A stretch of 32,000 bases of DNA from Candidatus Thorarchaeota archaeon (GCA_048882505.1 JBHLRO010000011.1:30001-62000); one strand, 5' to 3'; shown: positions 1-9,905, numbered from the stretch's first letter. A program made the numbers and translations. The notes: generated from the sequence alone by a model not told the origin.

Positions 1-1
1 T

Positions 2-316
2 AGCTCCAAAAGAGATTTTGCGCGTGATGAAAGATGGCTGAGCGATGCTTTGGAACTGATTTCAATTCGAACTCCAATACTAGTTATCGCCAACAAACAG
101 GATCTTCCCTCCGCATTGTCTCCAGATTTTCTAGATGAAAATCTGTTCAAACCTACACTCAAAGCAGACTATAACTATTCTATTTTTGGTACCGTGGCTT
201 CTGACCCAGGCGGAATTCGTAGTGGTGAAAACATCGAACTCGCCTTTCATCATCTAATTGTACAGATGCAAGAGAATCGCGAGCTACTCACTGAGCAGGG
301 GGGGATCCGTGCTTAA
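2..316 (+). CDS. Small GTPase (Arf/Ras-like), C-terminal part, 5'-truncated by the window edge
   Basis: Frame is open from base 2 (SSKRDFARDERWLSDALELISIRTPILVIANKQDLP); G4 motif NKQD in an Arf-like ANKQDLP context. Confidence 0.8.
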   Translation, partial: SSKRDFARDERWLSDALELISIRTPILVIANKQDLPSALSPDFLDENLFKPTLKADYNYSIFGTVASDPGGIRSGENIELAFHHLIVQMQENRELLTEQGGIRA

Positions 317-444
317 CACGCTCCCCTCCTTTCCTCTTACTTCATATTATGTTGTTAATCGTTTATCGTGGGATATCTGATGTATAGGAAAATTGGGGTA
401 ACCACTACAATTCCTTATACTTGTTTTCCATCAAATTTGGGTAG

Positions 445-1242
445 TTGATTAACTTGTTTGAGAAGACTCGTGTTACAACAGGTATTCCTCACCTCGATGC
501 CCTTTGTGAAGGTGGATTTATCAAAGGGTCAACAAATCTGGTTCTTGGTCCCGCAGGGGCGGGTAAAACGATTTTTGGACTTCAGTTCCTTGCCGAGGGA
601 GCACGACACCAGGAAAACGGTCTCTTGGTCGCCATGCAGGAAGGACCTTTTGCTGTCCGAAGAGACGCATCAAATTTCACCTTTTATGACGAGTCTCACT
701 TTGTAGAACCTGAGAAGATTGTAATACTGGATTTTACGCCTAGCGGTTGGGAACTTTGGGATCCCGATAGTTTGACGTTTGCGGAAGAGTCTGAAATGAT
801 TTTTGAAACCGAAGGGGTTCCGTATGATGAAACTTCGCTTCCTACGTTCTTACACAAGGTCTTCTATAGTATTAGTCAAGTAGTAGAAGAAAAGAAAATA
901 GAACGCATAGTCATTGATCCTTTAGCAGCGTTCCGTTTCTACGATTTTGGGAACGACTTGGGTTTCTTACGAAAGCTTACAACAGGATTTCTGACGAACA
1001 TTGCAGCTCTCAATGTGACCACAGTCGCCATTTCGGAATTTTCTAACGGGGGTGAAAAAACCCTGTTTGGAGAAGAATACATCACTGATTCAATAATACA
1101 TCTCGATATGCTTTCTGTTCGGGGAGAAATGCTGAGAATTCTCAGAATCACCAAAATGCGAGGTACAAATCATACCCGAAAGACTCTTAGCTTTGAGATA
1201 ACAAACCACGGGCTTACGTTTTTGGAAAACGAGGATTCCTGA
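445..1242 (+). CDS. KaiC/RAD55-like RecA-superfamily ATPase (single domain)
   Basis: TTGIPHLD..GGF..GS..LV.GPAGAGKT Walker A, IVIDP Walker B, EEYITDSIIHL, LRITKMRGTNH. Confidence 0.9.
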   Translation: MINLFEKTRVTTGIPHLDALCEGGFIKGSTNLVLGPAGAGKTIFGLQFLAEGARHQENGLLVAMQEGPFAVRRDASNFTFYDESHFVEPEKIVILDFTPSGWELWDPDSLTFAEESEMIFETEGVPYDETSLPTFLHKVFYSISQVVEEKKIERIVIDPLAAFRFYDFGNDLGFLRKLTTGFLTNIAALNVTTVAISEFSNGGEKTLFGEEYITDSIIHLDMLSVRGEMLRILRITKMRGTNHTRKTLSFEITNHGLTFLENEDS

Positions 1243-1503
1243 TTCTTTAGAACATGATTTCGGAGGGTGAAGTTATCGTTTGCGTCAAACGAGACGGTTT
1301 ATTTTTGACCCGGATTTCAAAAGCTTGAACGACGTCAAAGAGAGTTTTTTTTTGGAAAAGATATTTTGAGTGGTACTTCAAATATAGTCTAACAAAACCG
1401 AGTAACGGTTTGAGGACTGTGATTTCTTGACTCTTCTTATGTGTCGCTGCCAAAATTGACATCTCGGAGTTTTTTAGTAGCAGTTGACCTTGGGTGAAAG
1501 TTA

Positions 1504-3009
1504 GTGAAAAAACGCTATCTAACAATTCTTCTCATAATCTTCCTACAACAATCTATCATTCTTCCTGTTACCAATTACGATTTTGATTTTCAAACCCCCA
1601 CTCCTGGCATCCCCAGTAGTTTAGATAATCCCTATGACTTCACATTCAACGTTTTACTCTCAGTCGATGATTCAAAATGGGCCCATCATGTTGAACCCAC
1701 CATGGCGATTGGGGATAATAACACAATATTTGTAGGATGGAAAAATGCGATTGAGCACGATGGAGGAGGAAGAGGAGTCTCATTTACATATTCAAAGGAC
1801 AGCTTGAATTGGAGTTACCCCGACGATATGGCTCCAGCCTGGTCGACAGGGAGTGGTCAATCAGACCCTTGGATGGTTTATTTCAATCACACACTGTATT
1901 ACTCCTATTTAGAGTTTTCCACAGGAACCCAGGATCCAGGACGAATTTCTTTTGCTCAAACTTCTGATTTAGGATTACATTGGAAACAAGTCAGGGCATC
2001 TTATGGCACAGGTGACTATGCAGATAAAGAAACCTTTGCAATTGGACATGATGGAGTAATTTATCTTGTCTATTCCGATGTTCATTCAAGTGGTAGCACA
2101 TCGAATGCCTGGGTCAGATTAACTCGCTCGTTTGACGGAGGTAATACCTTTGTCGATAATGTCACAATTTCTGACACCAAAGGGATTGATATTAGTGCCA
2201 ATGTGCTTCCAGGTAGGTCTGGCAACGTTTATTGTGTTTGGACACACTATAGCTGGGAAGAAGGAGAAGTTTCTCCTAATCCCGAGTTAAGTACATTAGT
2301 ATACGATAACTCAACAGATTCTGGAAATACGTTTGGAAGAGATCGAGATTTTATCCCCGAATATAACGCCACTTGGTCAATGAGAAATCCTGAGAATAAT
2401 AGGTCTGCAAAACATACAATCGCAATAATAAAACAAGAACCGATTACAGAAAGGCTGTATGTTACATGGGCTGATGTTTCCACTAATGTCAAGGTTCCTG
2501 AAAGCAACTGGGATGTGTTTTTTCGATATTCGGATGATCTTGGGATCACTTGGAGCGATATTGTTAGAGTGAACAGCCAGCTGGGCGCCAACCAATGGAA
2601 TCCTGACATGGAATTTGATTCTAAAGGAAACGTGCACTTTGTTTATTATGATGAATCGTCTCCACAGGGAAGACACGTGAGACATAGAATCTTTTATCCA
2701 GATCTTAATGAATTTTCTTCCGAAGCACAAGTGACAACAGAAGCGTCTTCTCCTGACTTTACAAGGCCTGGAGAGTACATGTCCATTCGGATTGACTCAG
2801 ACGATATCCCCCACATTGTTTGGACTGATGCAAGGAGCAATGCCTTGGACATATATTATACCAGTCCCAATTTAAGCGGCCCCGAATCAAAAAGCCCCTC
2901 ATTTGCATCGTTACCTCTCTATCTTGCCTTTTTATTGATAGTTACAGTTGTTCTTAGGATAAGAAGATCAAAACGGAAAAATGTAAAACGGCGGCTCTTG
3001 CACAAATGA
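1504..3009 (+). CDS. Secreted, membrane-anchored BNR/Asp-box (sialidase-like beta-propeller) protein
   Basis: N-terminal signal peptide; Asp-boxes TSDLGLHW, SFDGGNTF, STDSGNTF, SDDLGITW; C-terminal TM helix followed by a basic tail. Confidence 0.8.
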   Translation: MKKRYLTILLIIFLQQSIILPVTNYDFDFQTPTPGIPSSLDNPYDFTFNVLLSVDDSKWAHHVEPTMAIGDNNTIFVGWKNAIEHDGGGRGVSFTYSKDSLNWSYPDDMAPAWSTGSGQSDPWMVYFNHTLYYSYLEFSTGTQDPGRISFAQTSDLGLHWKQVRASYGTGDYADKETFAIGHDGVIYLVYSDVHSSGSTSNAWVRLTRSFDGGNTFVDNVTISDTKGIDISANVLPGRSGNVYCVWTHYSWEEGEVSPNPELSTLVYDNSTDSGNTFGRDRDFIPEYNATWSMRNPENNRSAKHTIAIIKQEPITERLYVTWADVSTNVKVPESNWDVFFRYSDDLGITWSDIVRVNSQLGANQWNPDMEFDSKGNVHFVYYDESSPQGRHVRHRIFYPDLNEFSSEAQVTTEASSPDFTRPGEYMSIRIDSDDIPHIVWTDARSNALDIYYTSPNLSGPESKSPSFASLPLYLAFLLIVTVVLRIRRSKRKNVKRRLLHK

Positions 3010-3406
3010 ATTAGACTATGTAAGCCCGAGCCATACGCTAGAGTTCGTAGTCATAATCAATTCCATGAAAAAGGATTTAGATACTAGTCTCGGGTAAAAA
3101 ATTCTGCTTCCCTCCGACCTAAGGCGTGTTTCCTGATAAAAGAATTAATTTTTGAATAGCTTACCAAGAGATTGTTTTTATGGAAAAAAATAAATTACAG
3201 TCTTTTTGACTTGGAAAAATCCCATGTGTGGTTTTAAAATTACGTTTTTTGGTCGTCCTTCTTTTTCGAACTTGTTTCTCGTTATTACGGGGGAGCACTT
3301 CACCTGGGAATCTCATTCCACGATTACAGCGTTCCAAGAAACCAACATTTTAAAAACCTCCAGAACCATATTGCATCATAGGTTAAACCAGAAAACATCA
3401 AGTAGG

Positions 3407-3415
3407 TTAAATATA
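3407..3415 (+). promoter_or_regulatory. Candidate TATA box of the ubiquitin gene
   Basis: TTAAATATA about 26 nt upstream of the ATG at 3441; TAGGTTAAA is repeated at ~3379 and ~3403. Confidence 0.4.
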
Positions 3416-3440
3416 CCCATTCTTACAGGTTTGGTTTGAG

Positions 3441-3674
3441 ATGGAACTTCAAATAGTATCGGCTATTGGAGGAGGAGCTATTCTGATTGAGTGTGAAAAG
3501 AGTGACTCGATTGCAGCCATTAAAAATCGAGTAGCTACGCAAAAGAAAATTCCGCCCAGGTCAGTTATCTTGGTTTTTCAAGGTAAGCAGCTAGATGAAG
3601 GTGAGACTTTGAAATCAGTCGGGATTGAGGATCATGATAAGCTTTATATGATTACACGGACTACAGGGGGATAA
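3441..3674 (+). CDS. Eukaryote-type ubiquitin-like protein
   Basis: 77 aa beta-grasp pattern (LVFQGKQLDEGETLKSVGIED..LYMITRTTGG) ending in a free Gly-Gly; adjacent to E1. Confidence 0.92.
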   Translation: MELQIVSAIGGGAILIECEKSDSIAAIKNRVATQKKIPPRSVILVFQGKQLDEGETLKSVGIEDHDKLYMITRTTGG

Positions 3675-3812
3675 GGGACAAGATTTCCTCCTCTATGTCA
3701 AATTTCTTTTGAAGTTTTGATTGGCATCATCACATATAACAACCTACGAACCTTCTAGCGGTTACTTGGCTTTGAGCCTTAGAATGGACCTAATTCTCGT
3801 AGGGTTATATCC

Positions 3813-4808
3813 ATGACCAAAGACCGCTATCTTCGCCAAATTCTTATACAAAATTGGGATCAAGAAAAAATTCAGGACAGTACTGCTGCATTAGTTGGTC
3901 TGGGAGCCCTTGGGAGCGTTGTTGCCGCATCGCTCGCCCTCGCTGGCGTCGGTCACCTCATCCTAATTGATTATGATACAGTCGAACTCAGTAACCTTAA
4001 CCGTCAGTTATTATTCGGGCCCGCTGACGTTGGCCGATCTAAAGTTACTGTAGCAGCCCAAACAATCCGAAAAATGAACAAGGAAATCCAAATCGAGGCC
4101 TTCAACAAGCCTATTGAAAAAATTCCCAAGCTTAAGTTACGTTCATCAACGGTTCTGGTTGAAGGATTAGATACTTTTTCTTCTAGGCGGTGGGTTAATG
4201 CATTTGCGGTATCCTCCAAAATTCCTCTCGTCTCCGGGGGGATCTACGGATTTCTTGGCAATGTACAAGTCATCATTCCCTTTCAGACTGCATGCTTGGA
4301 TTGCCAGTCATTGATCCCCGAGGAAGAGCTACAAAAAGCCTGTACACCATTTGGATCAGAACGGAAGGTAACCCGCAAAGAGGAAGATGTAGAAGACGTT
4401 CCCTCTGTATCTAGCGTGGCCTTTGTCATTGGAGGTTTAATGGCACAAGAGGCATTAAAAATAATCCTTGGTATTCCTCCAATGGCAGCTTACTTTTTCT
4501 GGGATGGTCGTGTAGGAGCGTTTACTAGTGTACCACTTGAACGAAGACCTGATTGTTTTATTTGCTCTACCAGGTTCCAATTAGATATAATTCCTGTTAG
4601 GAGTCCTGCTAATCAATCGCTTCGTGATTTTGTCCACCAACTCCGGTACTCCTTTAATCTAGGGGAGAAAAGTATTATCATGGTTCAATCTTCAACGATT
4701 CCAATATCTGATTTACCTATCGTAGAGGTGTTCGAATCTGGGGATATTTTCCGTGTGATCGATCCCGTATTGGCATCCCCGCTGAAATTCAGAATACAGC
4801 TGGATTAG
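3813..4808 (+). CDS. Ubiquitin-activating enzyme E1 (ThiF/UBA type) with probable C-terminal ubiquitin-fold domain
   Basis: GLGALG nucleotide loop, DYDTVELSNLNRQ, CLDC and CFIC Zn pairs, candidate catalytic Cys in KACTP, ~75-aa C-terminal extension. Confidence 0.9.
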   Translation: MTKDRYLRQILIQNWDQEKIQDSTAALVGLGALGSVVAASLALAGVGHLILIDYDTVELSNLNRQLLFGPADVGRSKVTVAAQTIRKMNKEIQIEAFNKPIEKIPKLKLRSSTVLVEGLDTFSSRRWVNAFAVSSKIPLVSGGIYGFLGNVQVIIPFQTACLDCQSLIPEEELQKACTPFGSERKVTRKEEDVEDVPSVSSVAFVIGGLMAQEALKIILGIPPMAAYFFWDGRVGAFTSVPLERRPDCFICSTRFQLDIIPVRSPANQSLRDFVHQLRYSFNLGEKSIIMVQSSTIPISDLPIVEVFESGDIFRVIDPVLASPLKFRIQLD

Positions 4809-4822
4809 GCCATTTGAATAAA

Positions 4823-5578
4823 TCAGAGAAAGAAGTACAAAATCACGTAAACTAAAGCAACAAGCCCGCTGATGGCATAGCTATACAGATTACTTAGCAG
4901 ATGTGCTGCCCTGATGCCGTTCCCACAGTTGTACGCTGTCCATCCGAAGAAGGGGATGTAGAGATATTCAAAAATAACGTAGCTCTCGCTAGTTAACGGG
5001 GTTATAGAAGTTATGGGAGAGCCCAAGGGAGCTCCTTGACCTAGAATTATGATTAACACGCTTATCAATAAGGATGCCGGGATGAGGGGCCCAAAAGAAT
5101 ACCCTACAATCCCCATCGTGTCTCTTAGACTTGCTTTTCCTCCTAATGTTTTCGCACTCAACCATACGACGATTCCACTCACAATCCAGGCGAAAAGGGC
5201 GAAGAAGATGAATGCGAAACCCACGATCCACGGGGCAATGATGAAAAACCATAATGCCAGATCATGCCAGCTGGGGGTACTTGCTTTAATGACAAAAGCT
5301 CCCATGCGTAATGCGTACGCAACAGAAACAAGATACAGAACCATAATAGCACCAAGACGATCTGGATTTACTCCAATCTCCGCAAACAGGGTTTCACTCA
5401 GTCTAGGATCAGAAAAACTTCGCCAGATCCTGCTAAAGCGTTCTCGAAACGTGACCCGAACGCGATGAGTTTCTCGGACAATTTTCGTGAGATCAAATCC
5501 GCAGTACGGACAAAGTACATATCCTGCGGGACTTCGTTCTCCGCAATTTGGGCAAACGATCGACTCGGCCTCGGACAT
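4823..5578 (-). CDS. Zinc-ribbon + YIP1-family membrane protein
   Basis: N-terminal CPNCG...CPYCG double zinc ribbon; ~5 TM helices with the YIP1-like GGKASLRDTMGIVGYSFGP motif. Confidence 0.75.
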   Translation of the reverse strand: MSEAESIVCPNCGERSPAGYVLCPYCGFDLTKIVRETHRVRVTFRERFSRIWRSFSDPRLSETLFAEIGVNPDRLGAIMVLYLVSVAYALRMGAFVIKASTPSWHDLALWFFIIAPWIVGFAFIFFALFAWIVSGIVVWLSAKTLGGKASLRDTMGIVGYSFGPLIPASLLISVLIIILGQGAPLGSPITSITPLTSESYVIFEYLYIPFFGWTAYNCGNGIRAAHLLSNLYSYAISGLVALVYVILYFFL

Positions 5579-5770
5579 CAAGTTACCTCAGAATGGCCGC
5601 TAATAGAAAGCGGTTCGCTACTCGCTGAATGCCGTTTAATATCGTTTTTTGTATTTTTTAAACAAACCCTTTTAAGGTTTTTAAGACAAGGGTTTTTCCA
5701 GAGAGGATGTAATTATTCCTTTTCTGTAGTTATATCGTTATCCAGGTACGATTCGGAGCCCATTCAGCCA

Positions 5771-7000
5771 ATGGCTAGCGAAAAACCGTCTCCTCAAGAT
5801 GAATCCCAAGAAGAATCGATTCAGCGGCCAAAACGGGACGTTGATTATGCTGATTTAGCAACCAAGTTGGCAAACAATGCTGCTGCAAAGGATATTGAGG
5901 AATTTCATCTTAAGGTAAAAGGCGATCTTGAAGAGGCCCTATCAGGCAAAACTGATTATATGAGTATACTTGAGCAAGCGTATTCTTTAGAATCCAAATA
6001 TCCGGAAGGTTTCCTCCGCTTTGGTTTAGATAAGAGACCTCCACAGACAGAGGATGTTTTTCTACTCGCTTGCTTTCGGAAGAGCGGTTATCCCCTGTTT
6101 ACGTATCGTTTGGTCGATTCCATAGACATTCAAACTTCACTCTCATTTGTGTTAAATACCATAAAAAACTATACTCAGTATAAACTAGGCGAACTGCTCG
6201 AAGTTCTCGCTTTGGAAAGCCAAACTATCCAGTTTTTCGTGGTAGAAGATGCCTACATCATCGCAATTGTAACTTCTAGGGGCGTTCAACGAGATCAAGT
6301 TGGAGCTCTTGCCCTTGATTTGAGTCACCTCATCAGGATGCACCCAAATCAAACTCCAGAGTCTAATCCTTCCTTTCGGGAGGCAATCGATCAAGTAATT
6401 GAAGCTACAAGAGCATCATTTGTTCGTGAGCACTATGCAGTCAAGATCGTTTTGGCAGGGGATGGAGCTGTTGGCAAAACATCAATCCGAAGACAATACC
6501 TTGGCGAGGGATTCCAAGAAGATTATCAAATGACCATTGGGGCAGATTTGGCAACCAAAAATTCTTCAACAATATATCCAGGCGGGAAACAAATCAAATT
6601 TGTCATTTGGGATTTGGCTGGCCAACCCCGATTCGATGTCGTACGAAAAGCTTACTATAATAGTGCAGTTGGAGCCCTTGTTGTTTTTGACGTAACTCGT
6701 TTAGAATCCTTCCAAAATATCGTTGCTTGGATGAACGAGCTATGGAAGAATAATGGGAGGGGTCCTGTTCCGATAATCATTTTAGGTAATAAAGCTGATT
6801 TGCGCTCTAGTGAGATCTTGAGTGTAGAGGACAAGAAGGCTCAGGTATTTGTGGAACGCTTGTCTCAGATATCAAGACGATATAGAGGATTTCGTATTCA
6901 TTATCTTCCTACAAGCGCAAAAACGGGGAAGAACATCGAAACTGCCTTTGAATTGCTTGGAGAGGCCATTATGGACTTTTTTGCGTCAGCAAAATTCTAA
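5771..7000 (+). CDS. Longin-like domain fused to a Rab-like small GTPase
   Basis: Likely start at ATG 5771 (MASEKPS). GDGAVGKT, TIGAD, IWDLAGQPRF, YYNSAVGALVVFDVT, GNKADL, TSAKTG. The upstream ~110-aa domain has a longin-type bb-a-bb(b)-a pattern. Confidence 0.85.
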   Translation: MASEKPSPQDESQEESIQRPKRDVDYADLATKLANNAAAKDIEEFHLKVKGDLEEALSGKTDYMSILEQAYSLESKYPEGFLRFGLDKRPPQTEDVFLLACFRKSGYPLFTYRLVDSIDIQTSLSFVLNTIKNYTQYKLGELLEVLALESQTIQFFVVEDAYIIAIVTSRGVQRDQVGALALDLSHLIRMHPNQTPESNPSFREAIDQVIEATRASFVREHYAVKIVLAGDGAVGKTSIRRQYLGEGFQEDYQMTIGADLATKNSSTIYPGGKQIKFVIWDLAGQPRFDVVRKAYYNSAVGALVVFDVTRLESFQNIVAWMNELWKNNGRGPVPIIILGNKADLRSSEILSVEDKKAQVFVERLSQISRRYRGFRIHYLPTSAKTGKNIETAFELLGEAIMDFFASAKF

Positions 7001-7161
7001 ATAAAGTCGTGATAATCGTGAAAACACCATTCCTCACTGGTTGGGCCATGGTCTCCTGATTCATTAGCTTAGAAAAGCCGAGTCTTTCCGATTCTGATGG
7101 ATTTTTAAATCGGGAATTAGAGGCATATAATTAGATTCAGTAGCCGTTCGGTGTATTTAAT

Positions 7162-7905
7162 ATGGATCGTGATTTTATTCTAGCAAGGGAAGCCCAGCTT
7201 GTATATTCTAATTCTGCTGCAGCCGGTTTTGATCCTGTAGGCGATACTTTGGACAGGTGGCAAGGCACCTTGACATACACAACAAGTCAAGGGCGGGCAC
7301 GCTTCGTGTTTGAAATTTTTCTGCCAGAATATTACCCGAATGTTCCTCCCGTGGTTACTGCACCAGGGTTTATGGATCATCCTAATGTGGATGAAGATGG
7401 TTTTGTTCAGCTACGCATCATGGATAACTGGCGAGCTGAATTCCACCTATACCAGGTAATAATCGCACTCAAAAATCTCATGTCTCGTGTTCCTCCCAGA
7501 CCTAAGGGTGAAGCGGCCAAAGATGCCAAAACTGTAAGAGAAACGATGGCTAGATTAGCCCCTATAACCCCCGCCACCCCCGCGCAACAAGAATCCGTAG
7601 AAACTCGAGTTCTCCGAACAGAACTAAATAGTTTGTCTGATCAACTACGAGAAAAAGAAGAAGAGCTTTCTCGGTTGAGGGCCCAACATACTGTTCAAGC
7701 TAGTTCTCCGGAGCCATCTAGATCTACATCTCTCTCTGAAAGAGAAAGATTAGAATCTGAACGTCTTGCAATCTCGGATTTGCTGTCCTCTTTAGAAGAC
7801 CGCTATTCTCGCGGAGACATTTCCATTTTCGAGTATTCACGATTATTTCGTCAATACATGAAGGAGCTTTATGTCGTTAGAAAACAACTAGGATATCTGA
7901 GCTGA
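7162..7905 (+). CDS. vps23: ESCRT-I Vps23/Tsg101-like: UEV + coiled coil + steadiness box
   Basis: UBC fold (LPEYYPNVPP, HPNVDEDGFVQL) with Gln in place of the catalytic Cys; Pro-rich linker; coiled coil; C-terminal DLL..LEDRYSRGDISIFEYSRLFRQY steadiness box. Confidence 0.88.
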   Translation: MDRDFILAREAQLVYSNSAAAGFDPVGDTLDRWQGTLTYTTSQGRARFVFEIFLPEYYPNVPPVVTAPGFMDHPNVDEDGFVQLRIMDNWRAEFHLYQVIIALKNLMSRVPPRPKGEAAKDAKTVRETMARLAPITPATPAQQESVETRVLRTELNSLSDQLREKEEELSRLRAQHTVQASSPEPSRSTSLSERERLESERLAISDLLSSLEDRYSRGDISIFEYSRLFRQYMKELYVVRKQLGYLS

Positions 7906-7911
7906 TCACAA

Positions 7912-8535
7912 GTGATAACGTTTCCATCTAATCTATCTCAAAGGTGGGATTTGGAGGGGCGACTATTTGCCTGTATAAGTACCCTCGATCTCTTATCCCG
8001 AACTTACGAACGAGGGGAACTTGAGCCTAATATTTTTCACAAACAGTATAAGAGTTTGTTAACGACAATTGTGGAAGTTAGGGCTTCTCTTGAACCATAT
8101 CACTTTGATTTGGACGCTTTTATTAAAGAAGAACAAGTTGACCAATTATACCCATTCGGATTAGAAAAACTCCGTAGGACCGAAGGTACAGATGACACGG
8201 TTCAAAACCGCATAGATTACAAGCGTATCACCCAACTCCCGTCACAAGTGGCTGAATTTGTAGCTCACGCTATTGAGCTTCTAGATTTGCTAAAATTGGA
8301 GGCTATTGCGACCGTAGATCGTATCCTTCCATACTTAGATGAACTATATGCCATTTTATCCAGTTCCGCCATCTACGGCGAAGATCATTGGGTAACCAAA
8401 GATATCACAGAATGGATTGCATGGATGGACAAACAGAAAGCGGGAATTCTTCTAAAAAAGGATGAACTCGAAAAATTAGAGCTTCAAGCCGCGCGCTGGC
8501 TCTCGGACTTTCGTCGCGAACTTAAGAATCTTTGA
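7912..8535 (+). CDS. vps28: ESCRT-I Vps28-like
   Basis: N-terminal LFACISTLDLLSRTYERGEL...YKSLL hairpin; C-terminal helical bundle (FVAHAIELLDLLKL...ILPYLDEL); directly follows vps23. Confidence 0.85.
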   Translation: MITFPSNLSQRWDLEGRLFACISTLDLLSRTYERGELEPNIFHKQYKSLLTTIVEVRASLEPYHFDLDAFIKEEQVDQLYPFGLEKLRRTEGTDDTVQNRIDYKRITQLPSQVAEFVAHAIELLDLLKLEAIATVDRILPYLDELYAILSSSAIYGEDHWVTKDITEWIAWMDKQKAGILLKKDELEKLELQAARWLSDFRRELKNL

Positions 8536-8558
8536 TCCTTAAAAGAGTGATTCCTAGA

Positions 8559-9905
8559 TTAGAAATGATCGAACAGGTTTGTTTTTCCGGATCGAATCAA
8601 AAGATCAGTTATCCTTTCATTGATTTTAGCTAAATCCAATTCGAATTGTTTTACTAGATCAAAATAATCTCGATTTGTCACTTTTCGACCTCCGGTCTTG
8701 AGTTCTTCTAAGGCTTTTATGGTTGCCATTTTTTGGATACGAAGATCACGAAGATGTTCATCTACCACTTCTGAAACGTAATTAGGTGTTCTTTCAGGAA
8801 ATAATGGGGAAGCAGAATCAAGCACTGTATGATCTTCCTTTGTATTCATTGAGAAGTTTAAGGCTGAGAGAATTTCCTCCTGATACACCTCGGAAGACCA
8901 ATCCCGGAGTGGTTTATGCGTGTAATTATTGTTAGGTTCTCCGTAATAGCCTATCTGGAGACTTTTTACAATTTGATCTAGTGTGCCGCTATCCGAATAC
9001 AGCCCATACTCGCGTTTCATTGCTTGAATCATTAATTTACGACGTTTAAGAAGGCCTTCCTCGACAATTTTTACATCGACAAGATCCCCAGTCCCAAATT
9101 CGTCATAAAGGACAATTTCATTACCTAATACGTTTTTTCTTTTATTTTGCAGAAACATAATACGGTTGGTAGTGATTAACATATTTACTCTTGTCTTACG
9201 AACACTTTCACCGTTCAATTCAACTTTTGGGAACAGACCGATCCCTAGTTCTCCTGGGCCAAAACCAAAAACATCCGAAAATTGGCGTAGTTCCCTTTCC
9301 ATCTTATGAATGGCTGTATATTCGGAGGATAAATCATCTAATAGGTCCTCAATAGATCCAAGCCTCATTTGAACGGTTTGATCAAACGTTTGGACCTGTT
9401 TTTGAAAAAGGGTTAATTGGAGGGCAAGGTCGGAAGAACTGCTTGCCAATCCCTTTACTTCACTGATATTTTGATAGTATCGATGTAGTTTGGTTGAAAA
9501 CTCCTTGAATTCCTCTAGGATAAATTCCTCAATCTCCTTGGTGTCAGAGAACATGCGGTCTATCTGTTCTATGGGAATTAGGAATTTTGTCATCAATGGA
9601 CGTAGCTGGGACTCTAAATGACCCAATCTCTTTAAAAGAACAACAGGACGGTAGGCTACCTGCTTTAAAGCCTTCTTCAAGACAAATAGATGCTCTAAAA
9701 GTTCAGTTTTCAAATCTAAATTAGATTCTTCTCTGTTAACAATACCTGAACCACATTTACACGTTATAAGAAAACCTTGGTCTCCTCGTTTGACTCCACA
9801 CAAGGCACAAAAAATTGCTTGACAGTCTTGGCACTTATACCCCTTCCCCTTCTGGATCTGAACCCCACAAAAGGAACAAAAAAGCTCATTAGCAGAGGAT
9901 GACAT
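8559..9905 (-). CDS. Uncharacterised ESCRT-cluster protein: FYVE-like 8-Cys Zn finger, coiled coil, PH/GLUE-like domain, C-terminal helical hairpin
   Basis: Cx2C-x11-Cx2C-x4-Cx2C-x12-CxC; heptad-rich middle; MLITTNRIMF beta-strand motif typical of PH/GRAM/GLUE folds. The ORF is secure; the domain calls are inferred. Confidence 0.7.
   Translation of the reverse strand: MSSSANELFCSFCGVQIQKGKGYKCQDCQAIFCALCGVKRGDQGFLITCKCGSGIVNREESNLDLKTELLEHLFVLKKALKQVAYRPVVLLKRLGHLESQLRPLMTKFLIPIEQIDRMFSDTKEIEEFILEEFKEFSTKLHRYYQNISEVKGLASSSSDLALQLTLFQKQVQTFDQTVQMRLGSIEDLLDDLSSEYTAIHKMERELRQFSDVFGFGPGELGIGLFPKVELNGESVRKTRVNMLITTNRIMFLQNKRKNVLGNEIVLYDEFGTGDLVDVKIVEEGLLKRRKLMIQAMKREYGLYSDSGTLDQIVKSLQIGYYGEPNNNYTHKPLRDWSSEVYQEEILSALNFSMNTKEDHTVLDSASPLFPERTPNYVSEVVDEHLRDLRIQKMATIKALEELKTGGRKVTNRDYFDLVKQFELDLAKINERITDLLIRSGKTNLFDHF

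Noticed and set aside
5465-5770. N-terminal 102 aa of the 511-aa GTPase ORF
   Set aside because: It overlaps the start of the YIP1 gene and an AT-rich divergent promoter region; ATG 5771 is the plausible start.
7162-7905. Active E2 conjugating enzyme
   Set aside because: The catalytic Cys is replaced by Gln, and the coiled coil plus steadiness box indicate Vps23.
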